Positions 47,103-58,835 of a stretch of DNA of 64,000 nucleotides are shown piece after piece. Origin of the DNA: Eutreptiella sp. 'Long Island Sound 2002' (Eukaryota; Protista; Euglenida). The stretch spans positions 143,282,001-143,346,000 of the forward strand of contig OZ038378.1 of NCBI GenBank assembly GCA_964036045.1. The letters are read 5' to 3'. The notes below the pieces were generated by a model, which was not told the origin of the DNA, made no database searches, and was given only the letters and a program-made list of their open reading frames with translations. Numbering within the stretch: the first letter of the stretch is position 1; every line of letters starts with the position of its first letter. The position numbers were made by a program, and so were the translations under genes.

Positions 47103-47319
47103 CAGGGATGCAGGAGGAGGGATCGGGCCTCGGAGGGCGGCCCCAGAGGCGGTTCGACAGGCGGTTGGAGGAGGTTGCCAAAGCGGTTGGGGGGCGGTTA
47201 CTGTCGGTTACACATGCCATTGAGGCTGGCACTTGGCGTCAGGGGGACAGTGGCTGGGCATCGGCTGGGCGCCCTGGAGGGGGGGGGGGGGGCCTCCCCC
47301 CTTTTCCAATGCACCCCTG
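47103..47319 (-). mobile_element. hAT-type MITE family B, copy 3 (inverted)
   Basis: Reverse complement of the family B core; cagggatgca / tgcacccctg ends; flanks only 5/8 similar. Confidence 0.75.
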
Positions 47320-47870
47320 GGGATGTGATGAAAGGGAAGCATGTACAAAAGAACTTCGGCGCCGTTGGCATTGTGGCCCCGACACCACTATCTCTCAAAA
47401 CCTGGGGAGGGGGGGGAGGGGGGGGGGGGGCTGGGGGGGTGTCGCATACAAGGACCGGGCCGCCGCCCCCCCCCTCGTGCCTCGTCCAGCGACTCAAAAG
47501 CCAGGTCAACCATGGCCAAGTCCAAGAAGGCGATGACAAGAGTAGGCAGCGCCCCGGTCGGAGGAGGGCTCAGCCCCCTATCTGAGCCACGCGTCCAGGC
47601 CCCGATCGCAGGCCACCCCAATTGGTTAACGGGATTCTCGACTCGAGCAGCAAGTTTGGAGTGCATGGACGGATGGCGAGGCACGGCACCCCGAGCCCGG
47701 CACGCACGCGCAAGGACCAACAAAGTTGTCGACGCGGCCCAGGGGCCTATTGCGGTTGAAAGGAGGCGGCAGCAAAAATTACAAGCAAACTTCAGGTGAG
47801 AAATGATTGAGGTGAAAAGGTCGAAAGCACACAAAGGATGAGGACGGACCCCACGCTCTTCGCTTAACTT

Positions 47871-48401
47871 TCAACACACCTGCAACATCTGCTGTTGGCG
47901 GTCTGCGGCATCCAGATCCGCTGGCTGGCGTATGACTGTCAGGCCCACGCTCTGCCCCAGCCAGTGGGCGGAAAACCCATCCCCCAGGCCCGTGGTGGTG
48001 ACCTTCCCCCCGATGCAATCCACGTCCTTGGGAGATTGCAGCGCGAGCCCCAGACGTGCCTGAGTGTCTTTGAGCTGCATCTCCGTGTTCTTCAAGCTCG
48101 CCTCCACGAAGGCCAGCTGGTGTCGGGCTTCATTGCGTTGGGTCAGGAACTGTATCGACTGCTGACGCCTGCAATTCGCAGACATAGGGGTCAACTTGTA
48201 GGCCACCTCTCGCTCCTCCATTTCGGGCAATTCAAGGTGCTTTTGTTGTTTGTCCAACCAAAGGCTATTGGCCTTGATGGTTTCTTCATCAGGCTTTTCT
48301 TTCTTCCAGTGCGAGTAGCGGCGGCATCCGGGGCAGTCTTTGCGACCAAAAGGGGCTGAGCGTATTGCTTGATGGCCACAATACTGGCAGTACCATGGCA
48401 T
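47871..48401 (-). CDS. Hypothetical protein: N-terminal zinc ribbon (CQYC...CPGC) plus predicted coiled coil
   Basis: Uninterrupted 176-aa frame from ATG 48401 (MPWYCQYCGHQ...DCPGCRRYSHW) with a heptad-rich segment (RNEARHQLAFVEASLKNTEMQLKDTQARL). Intronless, so possibly transposon-derived. Confidence 0.45.
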   Translation of the reverse strand: MPWYCQYCGHQAIRSAPFGRKDCPGCRRYSHWKKEKPDEETIKANSLWLDKQQKHLELPEMEEREVAYKLTPMSANCRRQQSIQFLTQRNEARHQLAFVEASLKNTEMQLKDTQARLGLALQSPKDVDCIGGKVTTTGLGDGFSAHWLGQSVGLTVIRQPADLDAADRQQQMLQVC

Positions 48402-49916
48402 GCTGATGAAAGCAACGAAATGCCTGAGCGAAGCAAAGATGCTGTGAGGGAGTGGGTGCAGGGCAAGCAAGAGTGTCACATACTACAGAAGTATGCATCT
48501 GGGATAAGTTTCGGCCAGGCATCGGGTTTGCTAGAGGGGTGGGTTTTAAAAGAGCATCAGAGATGCACACGTGCGGGCAATCTCTGCTACAGTGATGGTG
48601 GGCTGCAGGTCAAGACCAAGAGGCTGGACAATTTTGATGGGTGCTGTGTTCTGTAGTATCGCAGCACATCGTGCACTGTCCATTGACACACAAGCAATCA
48701 TGGGTGCAGGGCCTCTGTACAGTGGCAGCCGATATCACCACCTGGTTTCGGTCGTGCTCTGGTCGGCGTGCTCATCTTCAGCACCGATTGGTGCTTCTTT
48801 TGACACCACACCCGCCTTTCATCGCCTTACTTACCCTGTTTATGTCGCACAAGTGCATGCCACACAACGCATGCATGCATCATGTCCTGGGGGCGACCAC
48901 TCCCAGAGACCCTGATCATGGGACTTTTTGCCCTCCTTCACCCTGGATCCCAGGTCGATCAAGGTGAGGAGGTTGCCTCAGAAGCAGCTTGGCATCAGCG
49001 TTGCTGTAGACTTTTTTAATTTATTTGGCGTGTTACTTTCTTGTTATGCCCCACAGTTTGAATAATGTGCATCTTGCAGATAGGAGGCATCGCGGGATGC
49101 CTCATACAATAGGTAGTACAGTTTGCCATTTCGGCATATGATCCATTCTGTGCTTTGGCTTTGGCAAAGAATCAGGTTGTTGTGTTGGAAGATGATTATA
49201 TCATTTTTGAAATGGGCTGCAGCAGTTCAGGGGAGTGAGGGAAATAAGGGAAACCCATTGCTCTCTTGGATCACTCCCGGGGGGCAGTTCCACACAGCGC
49301 ACGCACAGCATGTGCACAGCGCCACTTATTACAGTGTTTATCCCGGGAACACTCCTGAAAATCACCCACCTACAGAAGTGTGCATGATCAATTCAAAAAA
49401 AAAAAAGACCCTGGTGTCAGGGGCTGCAGGGTGCCGAATTCAGGACCCTGGGGCCTGTGGCAAGCATCAGACTGGAACAAAAAATCCTGTTGTCCCAGCA
49501 GAGGCCGCAGGGTGCAGAATTCGGGACCCTGTGGCTGGGGCTGGGGCTGGGGCTGGGGCTACCGCTGGTGGAAAACAGCCAACTGTTCGCACAGCGCACG
49601 GTGCGCCCCCCTATATGCAGCCTTGGCATTCCTTTTCAGTTAGGTTTCTCATGGACAAGGCACGGCGACACCAAACCAAACAAGGTCTAAAACTGCACCG
49701 CCATGGTCAATCAAAACATCCAGCAAAAAAAACACGATGACAATCTGAGCATATCCAAAAAAATGCCAATAGCCCATCTGTGCCTAACCAAGGCATTCTC
49801 ACGGGGTAGTAGGACGAGCAAGCAGTCTCACAAAGAGTAGTGGTAGGAAACTAGACATTTGCTAAGTCAACTGAGTTTAGTTGGCTTGTGAGTAGCATCT
49901 AGCCTGTTCTATCCAA

Positions 49917-50450
49917 TCAAGGACGTCTGCGAGAGAGAACATGGAGAACAAAGCAATGAATGAAGCAACCCTTCCACCAACCCTGTGGGTAGCCCCACAT
50001 GGCGAGACCCCATGCCGTCGAACGAATGTTGGGCATGAGGTCGTGCTTCATCCAGGCAGAACATAGCGATTTACATTCCATGGCAGAAAAAAATGATTTC
50101 CAAACTGATCTAGCATCATGGGCATGTGGATGAATCCGTTTGTGCCACCCTGTCCCCTCAGAAAAGGCCAAATCAAGACAAGCCCCTTTCTTGTGGAGAC
50201 AAAAACATGAGTACAAGGGGCTGAAGGAAATCGAACCTTCCGCCCAAGTCACTGCATCGGTATCACTATGTGTTTCCCATTTCACTGGAATTCCGTATTC
50301 TGAGCTCAAAAGACAAGAACGACGTGTTTGCCAAACATGTTCACACACAACAGGTACATGGTGCCGTAGATTTGCTTTTTTTTGGCTCAGACCAAGATGA
50401 GCTGGCGTAGCCTGCTCACTTTGCAACTCGAGATAACCTCTCGGAATCAA
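49917..50450 (-). pseudogene. Trp-rich ORF remnant, paralogue A (possible LINE post-RT region)
   Basis: YGIPVKW, IHPHAHDARSVW and RSTAWGL..YPQGWWK align with 52402-52998. Confidence 0.4.
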
Positions 50451-52401
50451 GGTTCAGAGTTGTCCAGTGCTACGATGATCCCACAATGGCTGTGGTAGCA
50501 TATCTGACACGTCGTGAGGATTAGCTGAGTCTGCCAGGAAACACCCCAGGGTTACATCATGCACCATGCACCCTGCTGCTATTGACACTCTCAATGCCTG
50601 TGTGACATTTATTGACAGTGCAACGATGAGGCACCTTTACGTGGGGTTTGACTGTGTTTACAGTACTGTCAAAAGTCCAGTCTCTGCCTGTGTCTACACT
50701 ACTGGCACAGCGAGGATAAGGGGTAACAGAAACGAAGGAGTTCATTGATTTCGCTCAGTTCGCTTCCAAATTTCTTATTCTATTAATTGATGTTCTTTGG
50801 TATTGAGTAATCGTCAATTGTTAGCGAGAAATTTCGTTTGTCGGCTGGATGTCAGCGTACCTGCACGCGCAGCCGTCAGATGACGTCAGGGGATATTCCT
50901 TATCTTTATATTCTTCAACGAGCCTCGCATGTATACAATCCTTAGATCTGGCGCTCAGTTTCTTCAACTTGACCTTGAGGAGTGGGATACCTTACACCAT
51001 CTCACAACATGGTGAAAAGCACATGCACATGGCGCATGTGGGGACACCCTCCCACACGGCACACATGGGCTGGGGTGGCCGCGCTCAACCGTGGGGCGTG
51101 ACGGCCAGTCCATGCCGCGCCAGGCACACAGGTCCCGCTGTAGCGAAACCTAGCCACTCTATGTGAATTGCCGTGACTGATCATGCATTCCCAAGTCACA
51201 AATGGGAGCGACTTGGTGAGGCGCGTTCTCGGGGGCAATGTCACACGCAAGTGGGCACAAGAAACAGGACTCCTCAGTAACCGGTCATAGGCTGTCGAAG
51301 ACAAAAGCAGTACAAGGCACAGGTCCACGGGGTTCCTTTAGGCACCTCTCCTTCATGGGGTGCCGCCCTGTTTCTGCCTACATCCCCGGCACGCCCATCC
51401 ACACTCACACACACTCCGAGTGAACGTGCACATGCACCGTGCATGCATAGTGTACATTGGTCTCGGTACACGGCCTTTCATCCTGCACAACACCACTTGA
51501 CAAAATATCAAACAACCAGGGGCACAAGGCTATCATGTGTGGTCGCTCCACGACTCCGTGAGTGGCCACACGTTAGCTGTACCCAAGTCAAACAGTTTGC
51601 TAAAACTAGCTATGCATGATCGTCACAAGCATGTGTCTTGTACCTTACAGTTTATGATGTTCGCACAAAGACAAGGCAAAAACAAGGCAAAGGGTGAGGG
51701 TGGTCACTGCCTTGGTAAATCCTTCTTCTTACAATGTCAAAAGAGGCATCCCGAGCTCCCGAATATACCTACCTACCTCCCTTGGGTATGGACCTGTACA
51801 AAATTTGTGCACAGTGCGCGCACAGCATGCAACATGCTCCCCTTGTCACAGGGTCCAAAACCGCTGAATTTCCCCACAGTTCATGCGCAGCGCTGCAGCA
51901 CCCAGCGCAAATCCAAATGCTGGTTGTATCCTTCCAGTTGTGAACCCATGCCCATGTTTGAACATAGCATCTGGCAACAAATAGAAGATAAAGCACAACA
52001 GATACACTAGAGATTAGAACAACAGATGCCAAAGTGTTCCAAAAATGCAGTGTGACTAATGAGCAAGCAGAAAGCGCGAGGCAAGAAGACTCCTCAGTAA
52101 CCGGTCATAGGCTGGGAAACAGTTTGACATGTGCAGGCATCAAGCGCTTCACCCTGTCCTCCCGTTCCCTGCCAATCGCCTTTCGTTCTTCTTACGCTAT
52201 TCACTCTCAAACTACAACACAAGCAGCAATCAGCGTTCTATGGGTACACAACGGGCACCACCACGGGTATGTCTGCACCATCCTGTCTACATTGTCTAAG
52301 TCGAGCACCACCGTCCAACACCGTAAGAGACTGTATCCGTACCAAACCTGTGGGTCTGAAAAAAATGTCCCCGCCCTCTCCCACCCTTGTGCACACTTCT
52401 C

Positions 52402-52998
52402 TCAGACCTCCTCCTGCTGCGCCTTCCTGAAATCTGTTGCTGCCCTGGCTCTGGCTTCCTTCTGCCAATTAAAAACTGCATGCAGCGGGAAGAAGCGCTC
52501 CAGGGACCAGTACTCAAAAAACCTGCGCATGGGGGCTTTCCACCAACCTCCTGGTACCGCACCACGTGTCAGCCCCCACACAAGGGAGCGAAAATTCTGT
52601 CTTACGTCTCCTGCATCCCACGCAAACCAGACACACTTGGCCGTGGCGGCTGGCAAAAATGAGCCCCAAACTGCGCGGGCATTAGGTGACGATGGGTGTA
52701 TCCACCTCTCCCACTCCACACCTGGCGGGGGCGCTGACAGCTGATCCAGCGATCGACAGACCCCCTTTCGGAGGATAGAAAATTTGCCTGAGCTGGTGCT
52801 AAGCCAGGCTTCACCCCAGTTGACACCGTCAGCGGGGTGCAGTTCCCATTTCAAAGGGATACCATACAGGACACGTAGGAACGTGGCAACAGCAAAATCC
52901 ACCCAAACACAGATAATCAAGCAGAGCAATGCAAGCGTAGGCACTACAGCTGCAAGATTATGTGCCCCTGAACAGCCAGCTACTGATAATATCAACAA
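52402..52998 (-). pseudogene. Trp-rich ORF remnant, paralogue B (possible LINE post-RT region)
   Basis: YGIPLKW, IHPSSPNARAVW, RSLVWGL..VPGGWWK. The W..+W...R...W.L..G.+P spacing resembles the zf-RVT region. Confidence 0.4.
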
Positions 52999-55579
52999 AA
53001 TCTTGTCTTCACTAATGCCAATACACGGAGAAAGCGAAGCACGTGTGGCGCTGTTACTTAGAGGTAAAAATTAACAGGCTAGAAGCTGCATAAGACGACC
53101 CCATCTTTGGACTCTTGGGTGAAAATGGTCAAGCCGGGCTCCCACCGTGCCTGACTTCATCATGGGCACAAGTGTCCGAGTCTAGGCCCTGAACAATTTT
53201 TGATGGGTTGCATTTGGGCTGCAGGATGGCTGATAAAGTGGGGCACTGGATTACTAAAGGGTCAAGTGTGCTGCCAAACAGGTTTTGACAAGGCTCGACA
53301 AGAGCCTTGCAAGAGGGTTGAAGAGGTGCTGACAACCTTTATCTTCAAACAACCTAGCAAATTAGTTTGGTGCCATGTGAAAAGGATGCTAAATTGCCAT
53401 TGAGCAGTGAAACCCATCGACCAAACTTAGCCCTAATCATGGGTAGGGAAAGAAGACACATTCCACTCAGTTACCCTGTTAGCACTAAGTTCTCAACACC
53501 CCACTTCGAAAGTTCTCTAGTAAGTTCTGGTTTCCGCCTTGAGTGTGCATAACCTTTGCGTGTCATTTGACGTTGAATCACTTGCACATTGTGTTGTAAG
53601 TCTGATGTGTGTTGTGATATGTTGCATGATGCCAAAGATTCGGCACCCTCTTTTATTGGATGTTCATCATATGAAGATGATTCATCGTAGTTTTTCCACG
53701 TTTGTGACATTGCATGCTCATCTCATTCTGTTTTGCAATAGATGTGATCTTACCCATGCTTTTTTTTGAACGTTGTTGATGTCATTGTTTCTAACTATCT
53801 TACTGCTTGATGTTTGTTTGCCAACTGCTGTCTTACATGGGGTGTTGTCACATTTGAATCTCATGTGTCATTGTTCACATGGAACGTCTGTTGACCCTCT
53901 AGTTTAGTGTGTGTGTGTGTGTGTTGTTATGATTGACTGGATGTCCTTCAATTGCAACTAAGACAATGGGTGGAAGGTGTTTAGAAAGCCAGCCATTAGG
54001 CTATCGTGAAGTAGAGGGGCACCAACACGAAACGGGCACCGAACAAGAGATTGATCACACGGCCATTAGCTGCAGGTAGCAATCAATGTGACATGAACAT
54101 AAAACCCATCATGCCATTCTTTTCCATCCCTTGGGATGGAGGAACACAAGGAAACGTGGTGTTTCCCTACTTGTACCACTGGTGCCAAAAGTCTTGCAAG
54201 CGGCAACCAACTCCTCAACCAATAACAATATTCCTCATTGCAGGGTCCGAATATGTGTGAGAAACACGCTGTGTATGCACTCATTTGTATTTTGCACTCA
54301 TTGGCATTATGCTCTACTGCCGGATACGAAAAGTTGTCACCATTTGACCGATCGAAGATTATGAGAATTCCATGCAGCTTACCCCTTTGTTTAGGACAAC
54401 GACAAGCTTTCTTACCTCTTCAAAAACCGTGTTCAGCTGATAAAATTCTACCATTTGTGCTAACCCTATTTTGAATCGAAAGAGTGCTACCGGAACGTGG
54501 CACTGTGGGTCTTTGGAGGGCAATTCGATCCCCCCTCACTCATGTGGTTCCTTGTCAAAGTACAAAAACATGTCTATCTTTGATCGCCTCTTCCGTATGA
54601 CCAAGAGTGCTGTAATGAATTTGTGATCAATCCCAAAAATTGAATATCATATACTACGATGATACCTCACCATTCAGAGACGTTTGTGTAACTTCATGAT
54701 TGCATCTATATTGCATCTACCGTAGGACATGTCACTGTGCAACAAAAAAAGAAGCATGTATTGCATCAAAGTGTTGTCATTTTTTTGGAATGACGATGAT
54801 GTCATCATCTTTGTGGGTCAAAATTGACAATTCCTTTGGGTCGGCTCGTTGGGACCAACACGAAAAGTTGTGCTAATTCATTAACCCATTGCGATTTGTG
54901 GGCATCATCATCATCTCAAGTAAAAATGATGACGAATTACGTCATAAGGATGGAGGTAGAAGGATTAGATGCATGTTGGGGTTGAAGAAGCACATGTTCG
55001 TTAAAAACGGGATGGATCGCATCTCGTTTTTGGGGGGGAGTACCCTATGCATGGTTGGGACAAGGGGGTTCACGGGTTTGCTGCCCAAAAACAAAACATG
55101 TCAACAGTCAAATTTGGGCATTGCACACGCTCATGTACTATTAATGCATAAGGGGTTGAACCTGGACTTATGGTTTGAAATTTGTTGTCGATAGTCACAC
55201 AATAAGTAATGAAGCCCAACAAAAGTGGATCCGTCCTAGAGGCAACAAATTTTGTGACAAATCGAAAGGGTTGCACAGCATAAGTCCATTCACGCGAACT
55301 TATGTCAATGGCCTAGCAATAATGCAACCGGCCGGACGAACAAGGTAAGGCGTTGTCCTCAATAATAGAAGTTCCAAAGTTCAACTCCTTGGTTGTAATG
55401 ATTAATTGGTTGTCAATCTTGCAGAAGAAGAGGAGTACACAAAGCAGTCCTCAAACAGATGATATATCATCACCAAAGGATGAGCTTATGAAGGAGTTTA
55501 TTCGGGTCCCTGTGGAGCAACTCGTCGATACCAATGCGTTCAGCGGAATGGCATTAACTGAATGGCAATCCGTTGGCAT

Positions 55580-56116
55580 CAGGGTTGGGTTGACTCAGTC
55601 AAGTCAGTCACGAGTCACGATTTTTTGACTCAGTCAAGTCAAGTCACCAGTCACGCAGCCCCAGTCGACTCAGTCAAGTCACTATGTCGAGTGGTGACTG
55701 TGACCGCCGTTTCGAATCCCACTGTGGTTTGTACCGTGGCGCGATCGCTCGGCTTATGGGCGATGGGCGAGCGATTGGTCCATTGCTGGGATCGGCGGGG
55801 ATCGAACCTACGAACCTACTTTTAATGCCAATGTCACCGCACATTACTGCAGAACAATCTTGCGCTTCGAAGCTCATCTTGTGCTTTTGCATGCTTTGTG
55901 GGGTGCCGGCTTCGGAGGGCACCATGCTTTTTTCAAAATTTCGAAAAAAATTTCGTGTGCTCTCATGAGTCAAGCTTTTTGGGGCGACTGAGTCATGACT
56001 GAGTCACCAGTCACGATCGCCGATGACTGACTCGAGCCAGTCATCAGTCATCAATTTTTCACTCAGTCAAGTCTCAGTCACCGCCTGTCGATTTTGACTC
56101 AGTCAACCTGACCCTG
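55580..56116. mobile_element. hAT-type MITE, 537 bp, with subterminal (GA)CTCAGTCA motifs
   Basis: 23-bp TIR cagggttgggttgactcagtcaa / ttgactcagtcaacctgaccctg (3 mismatches); perfect 8-bp TSD GTTGGCAT (55572-55579, 56117-56124). Confidence 0.9.
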
Positions 56117-56199
56117 GTTGGCATCCCAGAAAGTCTGGTGGTAGGAAGCTCCGAGTGGAAGCTGCCATTGCGCGTGCGCGTCCACGAGGGCATGCATGC

Positions 56200-56255
56200 A
56201 ATAGAACAAAAACGCAAAGGAAAAACGCAAAGGGCCTTTGCGTTTTTGTTCTATT
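56200..56255. repeat. Perfect 21-bp inverted repeat with 14-nt spacer
   Basis: aatagaacaaaaacgcaaagg (56200-56220) / cctttgcgtttttgttctatt (56235-56255). Confidence 0.9.
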
Positions 56256-56680
56256 TGTTGTATTAGAATTTAACCAGAACCACATTCACAATGTATCTCT
56301 TTTGGGCCCCGCAACTCAAGAGATCGTTCGTCATCCGGGTGGTCGTTCGTTGTCGGCAAGTTTCAGGGTGTATTTGAGGCCACGAACTTAGGGGGCGCAA
56401 GTCCTTTCGGCCTGTCTGCATTCCGGACCCTGTTTGGTGCCTCGCCTTCTCGCGGGGCTCCCGGGGAGATTCTGCGGCTTCGCACAAGCACACGCACGCT
56501 GCGTTGTACACCAGCAGTTTGAATGTTAGAGTGAAGAGTGATTTCAGTCTGCTGCGGAATGTGGAATATTGTGTTGCCGGATAGAGCCCTGTTGCGGAAT
56601 GTGGAATATTGTGTTGCCGGACAGAGCCCTGTTGTCGCTCTCGGCAGAAAGATTATGTAGCATCTTCTTTGTGTTGTGTC

Positions 56681-57220
56681 ATGGGTGCCTGCAGCTCAAC
56701 AAGTGACACCACAGAGGTACCCATACACTTCAGCTCTAACGACATTGCGACGACCAATGCGTTCATTTTTGACACAGTCGTGAATATGGCGCTCCAAATG
56801 TATGTGCTACCTTACCAGAATCTTGCCCACACAGATAATGCAAGGTTAGATTGGCTCCTCAGCGTTGAAAAAGCCAAGAAAGGAAATGGAGGAAAAAGGA
56901 AATCTGACGAAGTCGCGTCACGCGCCTTGGCGCAGCGTGCGTACGACGAGTGCTGCGAAGCCCTTCGGGTGGACGAGGAAAACTCTGTTCAGGGACTGAC
57001 CAAACCTGTGCAAAGCCTGTGCAAACTGAACGAAGCCAGCAAAGCTGTCGAGTTTTTGACAACTAAGTCGGCAGTTTTTACCCTGACCAAGTGCCCCCCC
57101 ACAAGCGGCAAAAAAGTGTTTGTTTTTTGCCGCAGCAAGTTGACGTTCATGCCTGTCTTTCGACAGTCCACGCTTGAAACTGGGAGCTCAACACTGGGCA
57201 CACCAGCCAGATCACCATAA
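56681..57220 (+). CDS. Hypothetical protein, 179 aa, starting MGACSS
   Basis: Open frame with normal composition and a basic patch (EKAKKGNGGKRKSD); ATG preceded by a pyrimidine-rich tract. No recognised domain. Confidence 0.3.
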   Translation: MGACSSTSDTTEVPIHFSSNDIATTNAFIFDTVVNMALQMYVLPYQNLAHTDNARLDWLLSVEKAKKGNGGKRKSDEVASRALAQRAYDECCEALRVDEENSVQGLTKPVQSLCKLNEASKAVEFLTTKSAVFTLTKCPPTSGKKVFVFCRSKLTFMPVFRQSTLETGSSTLGTPARSP

Positions 57221-58419
57221 AGACTTCACAGTGATGTCACCTATGCAGCTGCCCAAAACCATCGGTTCTTCTTGCCCCAATCCACGCACCAGCGAGTTCC
57301 AGCGAGTTCCACCGAGGTGCCTTGCCACGTTGGAACGCTGTCACAACCAAGCGCTGCGATGTGCTGCGGTGTGTGGTCGTCCACTGTGACCACATTCTGC
57401 AAACAATACTTGTCCGATCAGAGCAGAGAACCATTCCAACCGTGATTCGCATCGCCGAGTACTGTCACTGGGCTGGGTGTCAGCTGTTGGAAATTTCGAG
57501 GTTTCGTTGACCTCAGTACACTGAAGGAGCCGAGAGGAACGAAATGCGAAAAACTTTGGAAGTTTGCGAGCGCGATATCCCCTCACACCCCCCATCCTTT
57601 GCAGTCGAACAGGGTGAAAGCACGAAATAGAGTGAGGGGCTGTGGCGGATGCGGTAAAAAAATTCTGGAAGATTGTGGACGTTGTGCCGAAACGCAGACC
57701 CGTCGGAGAGGGGAGGGGACTATGAGACTGGCTTGCTGGTTACGGCAGGGGTGCGTCGAATCGTTTCCCCTTTACCATCTGCGTGACAAAGTTTGGCCAC
57801 ACACGGCTGTGTGGATGCTCCTCCGTCTTGCGCACTGGAGCACAAACTCCGTGTTTGCGGACGGCAAGACTCCCCACACCCATACACACTGTATGATCCC
57901 AGGTTGGAAGTGGAAATGGTTACCAAGCCAGATCTGATGCCGCCGACACCAGAGATTCTGCTTGGACTTTGTGCCGTGGCTGCCGTTGACATCGCTGCTG
58001 CACAAACGAAACATCAGGTGCCCTTTGCGTGACGTTGTGACGTTGAAATCCTGTCGAAGAACGCCGTAGCTGCCTGGATAGTTTTTTGTTGCCCGAGCGC
58101 CCGCCCAACACGGTGGTGGGGGGGGGTTTGGCACAAGGTCATGGTGTTATGGTGGGGGTGGGAGCCATACCAGGAGGGACAAGGGCGAGCATAGCAGACA
58201 ACGAGGAGGGGCACAGCAAGGCAGGAGAGGCAACCAGAACAGTGGGAACAGGGAACCAGAATGGAGGGGATGGCAGAGCCTGCGCATGGGAGGCAGCGAC
58301 AACAAAGGGGGATGGCCTGGCCAGCCAGCCCCGTCGCTACTGGGTGCCAGGGCAACCCCTGCTCCACCGGCATCAGGTGGGGGGTGTCTCCCGCAGCCCA
58401 GATGGGCTGTTTGCGCAAC

Positions 58420-58835
58420 AGGAGCGGGAGCCCATCAGGGGGCAGATCAGCCGTGAGGGGGAAAAGGACATATGGTGGATGGCCCGGACAGCGCGTGGAG
58501 GAACAGGGCACCTGGGCCTCACGCACACAGAAACACAGCGAGGCAGGCCATAGGCCATGGATGGCCTGTGGACAGAGGCGCATGGACAGCAAAAACAGTC
58601 AAACGACCCCGGCAACAACCAGCACAACCCCCAATACGCCAACTATTGGGCGCCGCTGACGCGCACACGGCACACCATGCCACATCCAACACAGCCCCAA
58701 AACACCAACCACTGGGCGCCGCGAACGCGGAAACGACACCAGCAAGAGCACCGGCCGCAGCGGCCGACAGAACGCAGCGACCCGACGCAACATGCGAAGG
58801 GAAGAACGGGTGACTGTCCAATGTCACACAGGGGG
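58420..58835 (-). repeat. Family D copy (inverted)
   Basis: Reverse complement of ~45950-46385, with a short deletion near 58820. Confidence 0.8.

Larger units (their letters stand above)
55353..56266 (+). pseudogene. ORF interrupted by the hAT MITE
   Basis: Removing 55580-56124 (element plus one TSD) restores the frame: ..EWQSVG-I-PESLVVGSSEWKLPLRVRVHEG.. to TAG 56264-56266. Product unknown. Confidence 0.35.

Noticed and set aside
55685-55810. tRNA gene or tRNA-derived SINE inside the MITE
   Set aside because: A-box to B-box spacing is too short, no cloverleaf can be drawn, and the two B-box words are on opposite strands.
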